Positions 1-8,331 of a stretch of DNA of 64,000 bases are shown in pieces. This stretch comes from Myxococcota bacterium (GTDB lineage Bacteria; Myxococcota_A; UBA796; CAJQPC01). The stretch is from contig DASCPX010000016.1 of assembly GCA_036012755.1 (NCBI GenBank), positions 128,001-192,000 of the forward strand, in the 5' to 3' direction. How positions within the stretch are numbered: position 1 is the first letter of the stretch; each line of letters opens with the position of its first letter. The notes below the pieces were generated by a model that saw nothing but the letters and a program-made list of their open reading frames with translations, was not told the origin of the DNA and did not search any database. A program made the translations under genes and the position numbers.

Positions 1-1
1 C

Positions 2-127
2 GTGGTGCCGAGCCGACTCGCCGAGGACCCCGCGCTCCAAGGCTCCGGCGCCTGCGCCCGGCGCAGCGGTGACGCGCTCTACCTGAAGGCCGAGGCCGGC
101 GACGTGGAGCTTCGGATCGAGCTCTGA
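2..127 (+). CDS. 3' end of a CDS truncated by the window edge (hypothetical)
   Basis: Open frame VVPSRLAEDP...VELRIEL* with GC-rich third positions; TGA at 125-127. Confidence 0.5.
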   Translation: MVPSRLAEDPALQGSGACARRSGDALYLKAEAGDVELRIEL

Positions 128-155
128 GACGCGGGGTCCACCGCTGTCCCCCCTC

Positions 156-944
156 TCAGCGGCCGGTCCAGACCGGGTCCCGCTTCTGGAGGAAGGCCAT
201 CAGCCCCTCGCGGGCGTCCTCGGTCTGCAGGCACTTCATCAGCATCTGCTGCAGGTAGGGCAGGGCCTCCGCGAGCGACTTGTCACCCTGGGCGTGGAAT
301 GCCTCCAGCCCCAGGCGCATCACGGCGGGCGGCAGCCGGGACAGCTGCGCGGCGACCTCGGCGACCCTCGCGTCGAGCTGATCCGCAGGCACCGCCTCGT
401 TGATCAGACCGATCTCTGCGGCTGTCTGCGCGCTGATCTTCTCTCCGAGCAGGATCAGCTCCAGCCCCTTCCGGCGCGGCACGTTTCGGAAGATGCTGGC
501 CATGATCATCATCGGGAACAGCCCGCGCTTGATCTCGGGGGTGCCGAAGCGAGCCGTGTCCTCTGCGATGGCGAAGTGGCATCCGCAGACCAGCCCGAGT
601 CCGCCCGCCAGTGCATAGCGCTGGATGCGCGCGATCACCGGCTTGTCGATGGCCGCGAAGGCGAGGTTCAGCTCGACGAAGCCTCCGCGCCAGGGCAGGC
701 TGGATTCGCCTCCGCCGCCACCGGACATCTGGGACAGATCGCCGCCGGAGCAGAAGGCGCCGCCAGCACCGGTCAGCACGACCACGCGCACCTCGGGGTC
801 GCCGCCCGCGGTCTCCAGCCCGACGATGAGCTCGTTGACCAGTGACGCAGACAGCGCGTTGCGCTTCTTCGGACGGTTCAACGTGAGCGTGCAGACGTGG
901 TCCTCGACCACATACAGCAGGTCCGTGAAGGGGGGCACGCTCAT
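156..944 (-). CDS. Enoyl-CoA hydratase/isomerase (crotonase family)
   Basis: LTLNRPKKRNAL, FCSGGDL, ALAGGLGL, FGTPE, EGLMAFLQKR motifs; ATGA overlap with the MerR stop. Confidence 0.93.
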   Translation of the reverse strand: MSVPPFTDLLYVVEDHVCTLTLNRPKKRNALSASLVNELIVGLETAGGDPEVRVVVLTGAGGAFCSGGDLSQMSGGGGGESSLPWRGGFVELNLAFAAIDKPVIARIQRYALAGGLGLVCGCHFAIAEDTARFGTPEIKRGLFPMMIMASIFRNVPRRKGLELILLGEKISAQTAAEIGLINEAVPADQLDARVAEVAAQLSRLPPAVMRLGLEAFHAQGDKSLAEALPYLQQMLMKCLQTEDAREGLMAFLQKRDPVWTGR

Positions 945-1654
945 TTGGGCAGCGGCGCGGCTTCGATGAGCTCGCGGATGAGCTTGCGACGGATCGCCAT
1001 CATCAATGGGGTGACGCGCTCGATGCCGCGCTCGGCCAGGGCCAGGAGCTCCTCTGGATCCTGGCCGGTCGCCTGGGTCTGGAGGAAGACGCCGACCTCC
1101 TTGTGGAGCAGCTCTCTCATGGCCTCGAGGTAGATGACGATGTGCTCGGGCTGGAAGCCATGAGCCTCGTCGAAGCCTGCCTCCGTCAGCCGGGCGAGAG
1201 CATCCACGACGGCGACATCCGTGGGTCGGTATCGCCCGCCGTGGGCGCTGATGACGCCGATGTCCTCGAAGCTCCTCAGGGCCTTGGCGTCGAAGCCCGT
1301 GCGCTCCGAGAGCTGCCTCAGGGTGATCGCGTCCCGGCTCGCGTCCGGGTTCAGCGGCGAGGCCTCCGCTCGGGCCGCCTCCAGCTCCAGCTGATCTCGC
1401 AGACGCTGGATGCCCTCGTGGTCCTCTGCCCCCGCCAGGACCGCCTTCACGTCGGCGAGGGGCCGCCGCGTGTGGGCTTGGAGCCCCTTGATCAACAAGA
1501 CCCGGTCGACACAGCTCGGGTCGTAGAGCGCCATGTTCCGCGAGGTCTTCACGGGCTCTGGCAACAGGCCCTCGCGGACGTAGTGGTGGACCGTCGCTCG
1601 GGTCACCCCCGTGCGCTTGACCAGCTCGCCGATCTTGATGCCTTCCGAGTTCAT
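941..1654 (-). CDS. MerR-family transcriptional regulator with two HTH-like segments
   Basis: KIGELVKRTGVTRATVHHYVREGLLPEP...ALY N-terminal MerR HTH; second segment ITLRQLSERTG; start taken at ATG 1654. Confidence 0.88.
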   Translation of the reverse strand: MNSEGIKIGELVKRTGVTRATVHHYVREGLLPEPVKTSRNMALYDPSCVDRVLLIKGLQAHTRRPLADVKAVLAGAEDHEGIQRLRDQLELEAARAEASPLNPDASRDAITLRQLSERTGFDAKALRSFEDIGVISAHGGRYRPTDVAVVDALARLTEAGFDEAHGFQPEHIVIYLEAMRELLHKEVGVFLQTQATGQDPEELLALAERGIERVTPLMMAIRRKLIRELIEAAPLPK

Positions 1655-1688
1655 GCTCTGTTCCGGTTGTGCACGGCGCTCCCCGTGC

Positions 1689-1715
1689 AAGGTGTTGGGT
1701 GTCACCCTACACTTT
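1689..1715. promoter_or_regulatory. Palindromic operator copy 1 (merR/barrel divergent region)
   Basis: AAGGTGTTGGGTG-T-CACCCTACACTTT; right arm contains TACACT 17 nt after GTGCAA. Confidence 0.75.
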
Positions 1716-1784
1716 TCTGGTTCACGGGGCCGAGTACTCGGCCCTCGGGGCCCTGCAGGCATTGGTATCGCTACACTCGCCGTC

Positions 1785-2987
1785 GTGCTGTGCTTCCTGC
1801 TGTCGCTGCCCGCCTCCGCCTCCGAGCCCTGGGATCTCACAGGCAGCTCGCTGCGGGATCAGGCGATGGCTGGAGCCGGGGCCGCCGGGTCGGTACCGGG
1901 ATCGGCGATCCCCATCGATCCGGCAGGCGTGACCTCGGTCGATGGCGAGCTCCTCCAGGTGAGCTGGCACCGCACCGCACCGGATGTGCGACTCGATCGC
2001 GAGGGTCTGTTGACCGAGTCGATCGACGCGGTGGACCTGTCGATCGCGGCCGGGGCTCCCCTGCGCTCGCTGCGGATTGGCGGAGGCTTCGACCTCTACC
2101 TGCCCCTGCCGATGGCGGTGGACACGGTCGTCCATGTCGACCAGACCAGCGCCCAGGCGCCGATGCTGGAGGACGCCTGGGACTTCATGGCCTTCGACGC
2201 CGCTGGCGGGATCGGCTGGGGACCGGTGGACGTGGCTCTGGGGGCCGCGGTGGGCATGGACCTGCTCGCCGACACCACCGCGGTCGTCGAGGACATCTCC
2301 GGTGGCGAGGCCACCGACGAGGGGCTCGAGCTCCAGGAGGGCATCGACGTCACCCTGGATCGCCAGATCGTCTGGCAGATCGCGCCCATGGTCGGCGCAC
2401 ACCTGCGGCACGACGACCTCGACGCCTACCTGTCCTGGCGTGGGCCGCTGGGAATGCGCAGCTACGGGGACAATGACCTCGAGTTCAACGTCAACTTCTT
2501 CGGCATCACCCTCGACCCGGTCGACCTCGAGCTGGACTACCTCTCCGGCTGGTCGCCGGCCCGGCTCGCCGGCGGTGTGAGCTGGGACTTCGGGCGGGTC
2601 AGGCCGGAGCTGGGCGCTCGCTACATGTGGTCCTCGGCCTGGCGCGACTCGCAGAACCAGGAGCCCGAGACGCCCTTTGTTGACGTCCTGCAGCTGGCTG
2701 GGGGTGTCGAGGGCGATCTGTGGAAGGGCCTGGTGCTGCGAGCTGGCTACGCGCGGCATCCTTCGCCGGTCCCCGATCAGGTCGGAGACTCCCGCATCGC
2801 CGACGCCGACCGCAACCTCTTCGCCGGAGGGCTGGCCTGGAGCAGCGAGGGTCTCCCTCGGGAGGGTGACGCCAGCGAGCTCGCCCTGTCCGTCCAGTAC
2901 CACCGGCTCTCGGAGCGTCCGGTCGCGGACAGCCGCATCTCCGGACGGATCTGGGTCGTCTCCGCCGGCGTGGCCACGGAGTTCTGA
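1785..2987 (+). CDS. Outer-membrane beta-barrel, FadL/long-chain fatty-acid transporter-like
   Basis: Short signal MLCFLLSLPASA; N-terminal R..AMAGAGAA...DPAG hatch-like motif; alternating strands; LRAGY; C-terminal Phe. GTG 1785 follows TACACT by 7 nt. Confidence 0.62.
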   Translation: MLCFLLSLPASASEPWDLTGSSLRDQAMAGAGAAGSVPGSAIPIDPAGVTSVDGELLQVSWHRTAPDVRLDREGLLTESIDAVDLSIAAGAPLRSLRIGGGFDLYLPLPMAVDTVVHVDQTSAQAPMLEDAWDFMAFDAAGGIGWGPVDVALGAAVGMDLLADTTAVVEDISGGEATDEGLELQEGIDVTLDRQIVWQIAPMVGAHLRHDDLDAYLSWRGPLGMRSYGDNDLEFNVNFFGITLDPVDLELDYLSGWSPARLAGGVSWDFGRVRPELGARYMWSSAWRDSQNQEPETPFVDVLQLAGGVEGDLWKGLVLRAGYARHPSPVPDQVGDSRIADADRNLFAGGLAWSSEGLPREGDASELALSVQYHRLSERPVADSRISGRIWVVSAGVATEF

Positions 2988-4081
2988 TGCTCTGGATCTC
3001 GACCGCTGCGGCTGGAGTCCTCGCCACCTACGGCGGCGCCGCGGTGCCGGGGAACGCCGGGGTGGCAGCGCCCAGCACCCTCTCATCCTGGTCCAACCCC
3101 GCTGCGATGCGCTCCGAGAAGGCGGGAGGTTCCGCCGAGTACCTGCTGGGCCGGTCCAGCTTCACGCTGGACGGGCAGGAGCTGTCGCCCTCCTACGACA
3201 CCGACGGGCTGCTCATCGGGGTGGTGGTCAACGGCTACTGGCTGCGGCTGCCGAGGACCCACGCGGGCCTGTCCGTCTTCATGCCCCGCAAGGGGCCCTT
3301 CAGTTGGTACGAGGTGCCCCCCGAAGACGAGACCGCCCCGGCCACGCCCCACGTGCCGCGCTTCGAGTCGGAGCTCGACCGCCTGGACATCGCCGGCGCG
3401 GTGAGCGCGGACCTGGTGCGAGAGCGCCTCGCTGTCGGCCTCGGCTTCGACGTCTCGGCAGAGGTCGAGACCTACACCTTCGTCGAGGTCGAGGACGCCG
3501 ATGTGCCCGAGGAAGCCGGAAAGGGCCAGGCGGTGACGATCTCCCCGACCTTCCACCCCTACCTCGGGCTGTGGGGCTCGGTGGGGCCGCTGCAGCTGGG
3601 CCTGGTCGGGCGGACCGAGCGCAAGATGCACGACTTCGGCGCCACCTATGTCGACGTGCAGGGGCTGGAGGTGCTCTACAGGCACGACTTCATTCGGCAC
3701 TACGCGCCGCCGTCGGTCACCCTCGGCGGAGCGGTCTCCATCGGCGATGGGCTGTCGGTGCGGGCAGAGGGCTCCTGGGAGCGCTGGTCCGGAGCGGTCG
3801 ACCCATACGGTGAGCCGCTCGGCTGGGCTGACACGGTCACGGGCCGGGCCGGGCTCGAGTGGACGAGGCAGCGGCTCTGGGCCTCTGGCGGCTACGGCTT
3901 CGATCCGGGCAACGCTCCCAGTGGCCTGATGCTCGACGGGAGCTCCCATGCGGCCACGCTCGGTGCGGGCTGGCGGTTCGACCGGGTCTCGGTCCAAGCG
4001 GGACTGCGGGGGCGTGTGTTCCCTGACGACGGGGGCTTCTCCGGACGCTTCCTCGCAGGTTCGCTGGGCATCGGCTGGTGA
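2987..4081 (+). CDS. Second FadL-like outer-membrane beta-barrel
   Basis: WSNPAAM motif (FadL NPA-like); amphipathic strands; C-terminal Trp; TGATG overlap with the upstream gene. Confidence 0.6.
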   Translation: MLWISTAAAGVLATYGGAAVPGNAGVAAPSTLSSWSNPAAMRSEKAGGSAEYLLGRSSFTLDGQELSPSYDTDGLLIGVVVNGYWLRLPRTHAGLSVFMPRKGPFSWYEVPPEDETAPATPHVPRFESELDRLDIAGAVSADLVRERLAVGLGFDVSAEVETYTFVEVEDADVPEEAGKGQAVTISPTFHPYLGLWGSVGPLQLGLVGRTERKMHDFGATYVDVQGLEVLYRHDFIRHYAPPSVTLGGAVSIGDGLSVRAEGSWERWSGAVDPYGEPLGWADTVTGRAGLEWTRQRLWASGGYGFDPGNAPSGLMLDGSSHAATLGAGWRFDRVSVQAGLRGRVFPDDGGFSGRFLAGSLGIGW

Positions 4082-4103
4082 GGGGTTGAGGGCCGGGCAC
4101 CAA

Positions 4104-4128
4104 AAGTATAAGGTGCCACCTGATACTT
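4104..4128. promoter_or_regulatory. Palindromic operator copy 2
   Basis: AAGTATAAGGTG-C-CACCTGATACTT, 15 nt before the ACAD start. Confidence 0.85.
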
Positions 4129-4143
4129 CATACGGAGCGCAGC

Positions 4144-5340
4144 ATGGCCCTCGACTTCGAGCTGAGCGAAGAGCACCTCGCCGTCCAGGAGGCGATGCGG
4201 AACTGCCTCGAGCCTTTCTCCGGCCGGCGCGAGGAGCTCACCCGGATGGTCCTGAAGGAGAAGCGCTTCCCGGAGGAGCTGTGGCAGGCGATCTGCGCCA
4301 CGGGGCTCCTGGGGACGGTGATCCCAGAGGAGTACGGCGGCAACGGCATGGGCCTGCTCTCCATGGTGCTCGGCGTCGAGGAGCTGGCCAGGCACGGCTT
4401 CGGGAACGCCCTGTTGATACTCACGGCGATGGACGCCTGCTGCATCCTCCGGGGCGGCAGCGAGGAGATGAAGCGACGCTACCTGCCGAAGATGGCCACC
4501 GGCGAGCTGAAGTTCGGCTTCGCGATCACCGAGCCCAACGCTGGCTCGAACGCCTTCCGGCTCGAGACCCTGGCTCGCCAGGAGGGCGATGAGTACGTCA
4601 TCAACGGGGAGAAGGTCTTCATCACCGGGGCGGACGTAGCCGACCGCATCCTGCTGATCTGCCGCACGACCTCGCGCAAGCGCATCGACGAGCTCGGCAT
4701 GCCAAAGGCCTTCGGGCTGGCGCTCTTCGTCATCGATCCGAAGGCCCCTGGCATCACCCTGTCGCCGATCCCCACTCGCGGTATCGAGGGCATGACCCAG
4801 TTCACGGTCCACATGGAGGACGTGCGGGTGCCGGCGAGCGAGCTGGTCGGGGACAAGGACATGGGCGGCATGGTGATGTTCAACTCGCTGAACCCGGAGC
4901 GCATCCTCGCCGCGGCAGCGGCCTGCGGCATCACCAGCAAGTGCATCGACCAGGCGGTGAGCTACGCCAAGGAGCGCAAGGTCTTCAAGGACCGACCCAT
5001 CGGCGCCTACCAGGCGATGAGTCACCCCCTGGCGAAATCGCGCATCGACCTCGACGCTGTCCGCCTGCTCACCTACCGGGCGGCCTGGGCCTTCGACCAG
5101 GACATGCACCCCGGGCGGGTCGGGACATACGCCAACATGGCCAAGTACGCGGCCTCCGAGATGGCGATCGCCGCGGTCGACCGAGCCATACAGGTCCACG
5201 GCGGCTACGGCTTCTCCGAGGAGTACGGGCTCATCTACTACTACGAGACGGTGCGCCTGTTGAGGACGGCGCCGATCACCTCTGAGCTGATCCTCAACTT
5301 CATCGCCGAGCACGAGCTGGGCTTGCCGCGGAGCTATTGA
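4144..5340 (+). CDS. Acyl-CoA dehydrogenase
   Basis: FAITEPNAGSN, INGEKVFITG, LNPERI (LCAD/IVD-position Glu), AIQVHGGYGF. Confidence 0.95.
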   Translation: MALDFELSEEHLAVQEAMRNCLEPFSGRREELTRMVLKEKRFPEELWQAICATGLLGTVIPEEYGGNGMGLLSMVLGVEELARHGFGNALLILTAMDACCILRGGSEEMKRRYLPKMATGELKFGFAITEPNAGSNAFRLETLARQEGDEYVINGEKVFITGADVADRILLICRTTSRKRIDELGMPKAFGLALFVIDPKAPGITLSPIPTRGIEGMTQFTVHMEDVRVPASELVGDKDMGGMVMFNSLNPERILAAAAACGITSKCIDQAVSYAKERKVFKDRPIGAYQAMSHPLAKSRIDLDAVRLLTYRAAWAFDQDMHPGRVGTYANMAKYAASEMAIAAVDRAIQVHGGYGFSEEYGLIYYYETVRLLRTAPITSELILNFIAEHELGLPRSY

Positions 5341-6407
5341 TCCGCGGCCTGCGGCGCGCTCCCAGGCGGCAGCCAGCGCATCTGTCGGTACCAGTCGACG
5401 GTCGGGCCGAAGGCAGCGCCCAGGTCCGGGTAGCGGTAGCGGAAGCCCAGCGCCTTGAGGCGGCTGTTGTCGTAGCTGTGGTCCTGGATGATGTAGTCGA
5501 TCCAGTCGACGTCGAGCCTCGGTGAGAGCGCCGGGACCAGGTCGAGCTCCCGCACGATCTTCCCCCAGACGCCGACGAGCTTGGGGTTCAGGCGATCGAG
5601 GTACCAGCGCGCCATCGGCTTGATGAGCCCGAAGAGGCTCGCGACGAACCAGGGCAGGCCCCAGTCCAGCACCCTCACCCCCACCGCCCCGCAGATCAGG
5701 CGCATGAGCTCGCCGGTCTGGATCGGGTTGTCGTCGGCGACGTTGAAGGCCCCGGTCCCGGCGGGGTTCTCTACCAGGAACAGGGCCGCGCAGGCGACGT
5801 CCTCGACGTGGACGTGGTGACCGACAGGGCCTCCAGCCGCAAAGGGCAGGGCCTGTCGTCCCAGGTGGCTGCGCAGGGCGAACATCGCCAGGGCCGGCGC
5901 GAACCCGTAGCGCCCCCCCGGGCCGTAGATGAGGGTGGGTCGGATCGCGGCCCAGCTCAGGCCCGCTGTCTCGCAGATCTCGCGGGTGGCCTCCTCGCCC
6001 TCCCACTTCGAGCGGTCGTAGGCGTGGGCGGGTCTCTTGTCGCCTCCCTCGGGAACCTGCGCGGTGCCGCGGCCATAGACCGAGGTCGAGCTGACCATGA
6101 CAAAGCGCTCCACGCCCTCTTCGGCGGCGCATCTCGCCACGGTCGCGGCCCCCTCGACGTTCACCGCGCGCAGGGCCTGCTCGCTGCAGGAGAGGTCGAA
6201 GATGCCCGCGGCGTGCACCACGACCACGACCCCTTCCATCGCTGTACGCACGGTCTCCGGCCGCGTCACGTCGAGCTCGACGGCTTCGGCAGCGCCCTGG
6301 GTCGAAGGCGGGACGAGGTCGGCGGCCCGCACCCTGTGACCCGCCTCCACGAAGACACGAGTGAGCGTGGTACCCAGGAAGCCGCCCGCGCCGGTGATCA
6401 GGATCAT
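5334..6407 (-). CDS. NAD-dependent epimerase/dehydratase (extended SDR, 3-beta-HSD-like family)
   Basis: MILITGAGGFLG, VVHAAG, SSTSVYG, YDRSK, RPTLIYGPG, VHVEDVA; start at ATG 6407. Confidence 0.9.
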   Translation of the reverse strand: MILITGAGGFLGTTLTRVFVEAGHRVRAADLVPPSTQGAAEAVELDVTRPETVRTAMEGVVVVVHAAGIFDLSCSEQALRAVNVEGAATVARCAAEEGVERFVMVSSTSVYGRGTAQVPEGGDKRPAHAYDRSKWEGEEATREICETAGLSWAAIRPTLIYGPGGRYGFAPALAMFALRSHLGRQALPFAAGGPVGHHVHVEDVACAALFLVENPAGTGAFNVADDNPIQTGELMRLICGAVGVRVLDWGLPWFVASLFGLIKPMARWYLDRLNPKLVGVWGKIVRELDLVPALSPRLDVDWIDYIIQDHSYDNSRLKALGFRYRYPDLGAAFGPTVDWYRQMRWLPPGSAPQAADQ

Positions 6408-6418
6408 TGTGCGTCTAA

Positions 6419-6443
6419 AAGTATTAGGTGTCACGTAACACTT
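6419..6443. promoter_or_regulatory. Palindromic operator copy 3 (divergent SDR/ALDH)
   Basis: AAGTATTAGGTG-T-CACGTAACACTT in a 52-bp AT-rich intergenic gap. Confidence 0.85.
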
Positions 6444-6459
6444 CAAGTGCGGAGTCCCC

Positions 6460-7935
6460 ATGGAGATCGAGTGCATCGCACCAGCCACCGGCGAGGTCAT
6501 CGAGACCCTCGTCACCGACACGCCAGAGGACGTGCTGTCCGCGGTCGCCCGCGCCCGCTCTGCCCAGCCCGCCTGGGCTGCCCTCGGCGTCCGCGAGCGG
6601 GCCAGGGTCCTGCAGCGCTTTCGGCGGCTGCTGGTGGAGCGCGGCGAGGAGCTGGCGCAGGCGCTGTCTTTGGAGTGCGGCAAGCCCCGGCTCGAGGCCT
6701 ACATGGCCGAGGTCTTCACGCTGGTCGACCTCGTCGACTACTTCTGCAAGCGGGCAGAGGGCATCCTCGCGGACAAGGAGATCCCACTCCACCTGATGGT
6801 CCAGCGGACCAGCACGCTGCACTACCACCCGCGCGGGGTCGTCGGGATCATCTCCCCCTGGAACTTCCCGCTGGTCATCCCCTTCGGCGACGCCGTCATG
6901 GCGCTGTTGGCTGGAAACGCCGTGGTGCTGAAGCCCTCTGAGGTCACCCCGCTGATCGCCAGGACCGGACGGGAGCTCCTGGTCGAGGCGGGGGTGCCAG
7001 AGGACCTCGTCGGCCTGGTCATCGGCCGCGGGGACATCGGCGCCGCGCTCTGCCGCGCGGACATCGACAAGATGGTCTTCACAGGCAGCGTCGCCACCGG
7101 GAGGAAGGTCGCGGTCGCCTGCGCGCAGAAGCTGATCCCCTGCTCGCTGGAGCTCGGCGGCAAGGCCCCGGCGGTGGTGCTCCCGGACGCGAACATCGAG
7201 CGCACCGCGCGAGCGCTGGTCTACGGCGCCTTCGTCAACAGCGGCCAGGCCTGCGTCAGCGTCGAGAGGGTCTATGCCCACCGCGACATCCACGACCGTC
7301 TCGTGGCTCGCGTGGTCGAGCTGACCAGGAAGCTGCGCCAGGGCGACCCGCAGGACGGAAAGGTCGACGTCGGGGCCATCATCCACGCTCCCCAGGCGGA
7401 GATCGCAGAGGCCCAGGTCGCAGACGCCACCGCGGGGGGCGCCACGGTCGCTGTCGGAGGTCACCGCCTCGAGGGGCCCGGCCAGTTCTTCGAGCCCACG
7501 GTGCTGACCGGGGTGCGGCAACAGATGAAGGTGATGCGCGAGGAGACCTTCGGCCCGCTGTTGCCGATCTGCTCGGTGGACTCGGTGGAGCAGGCCATCG
7601 AGCTGGCCAACGACACGCACCTGGGGCTGATGGCCTATGTCTTCTCCGGGAGCTCGAGGAAGGGGGACGCGGTCGCCCGGAGGCTCGTCGCCGGCACCGT
7701 GATGGTGAACGACGTGCTGAACACCTACGCCATGCCGGAGACCCCGTGGGCAGGCCTCAAGCAGAGCGGGCTGGGCCGCGTCCACAGCGACGACGGCCTG
7801 CGCGACATGTGCCAGACGCGCCACCTGAACGTCCCCTGGCTGCCGGCGCTCTCTCGCGAGCCGTGGTGGTACCCCTACAGCGAGCGCACCTACCGCTGGA
7901 TGCGGCGCCTGATCGGGCTCCTCTACCGTTGGTGA
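6460..7935 (+). CDS. Aldehyde dehydrogenase
   Basis: PWNFP, LKPSE, FTGS, ELGGK, NSGQAC, EETFGP. Confidence 0.95.
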   Translation: MEIECIAPATGEVIETLVTDTPEDVLSAVARARSAQPAWAALGVRERARVLQRFRRLLVERGEELAQALSLECGKPRLEAYMAEVFTLVDLVDYFCKRAEGILADKEIPLHLMVQRTSTLHYHPRGVVGIISPWNFPLVIPFGDAVMALLAGNAVVLKPSEVTPLIARTGRELLVEAGVPEDLVGLVIGRGDIGAALCRADIDKMVFTGSVATGRKVAVACAQKLIPCSLELGGKAPAVVLPDANIERTARALVYGAFVNSGQACVSVERVYAHRDIHDRLVARVVELTRKLRQGDPQDGKVDVGAIIHAPQAEIAEAQVADATAGGATVAVGGHRLEGPGQFFEPTVLTGVRQQMKVMREETFGPLLPICSVDSVEQAIELANDTHLGLMAYVFSGSSRKGDAVARRLVAGTVMVNDVLNTYAMPETPWAGLKQSGLGRVHSDDGLRDMCQTRHLNVPWLPALSREPWWYPYSERTYRWMRRLIGLLYRW

Positions 7936-7945
7936 GATATTGCAG

Positions 7946-7968
7946 AGTGTAAGGTGTCACCTTACACT
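7946..7968. promoter_or_regulatory. Palindromic operator copy 4 (perfect) overlapping a sigma70-like promoter
   Basis: AGTGTAAGGTG-T-CACCTTACACT, perfect 11-bp arms; TTGCAG(7940)-N17-TACACT(7963). Confidence 0.9.
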
Positions 7969-7992
7969 TTTCATGCAACCAAGGAGTCCCCC

Positions 7993-8328
7993 GTGGAGAT
8001 CACCATTCGCGACATCTTCCAGGCCATGCCCGACCGCTTCAACGCAGAAGCAGCGGAGGGCTGGACCTCCGACATCCAGTTCCACTTCAGCGGCGACGGC
8101 GGCGACGAGGACTGGTGTCTGCGCGTCGCCGATCAGACCTGCACGGTCATCGAGGGCACGGTGGACACGCCGAGCGCGACCATTCGCACCAGCTCCGGCA
8201 CCTGGATCGGCATGATCACTGGCGACGTCGACCCGATGGTCGCCTTTGCCGGGGGTCTGCTGAAGATCGAGGGCAACATCGGCGACGTCATGCGCCTCCA
8301 GAGCCCCGTCCTCTTCCGCCGCGTCTAG
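7993..8328 (+). CDS. SCP2 sterol/lipid-binding domain protein
   Basis: FNAEAAEG..IQFHFSG...DPMVAFAGGLLKIEGNIG; AAGGAG RBS at 7981; GTG start. Confidence 0.88.
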   Translation: MEITIRDIFQAMPDRFNAEAAEGWTSDIQFHFSGDGGDEDWCLRVADQTCTVIEGTVDTPSATIRTSSGTWIGMITGDVDPMVAFAGGLLKIEGNIGDVMRLQSPVLFRRV

Positions 8329-8331
8329 CCT

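Noticed and set aside
1670..1689. TGCACGG-N6-CCGTGCA inverted repeat next to operator 1
   Set aside because: Single short GC-rich copy, not repeated at the other four sites
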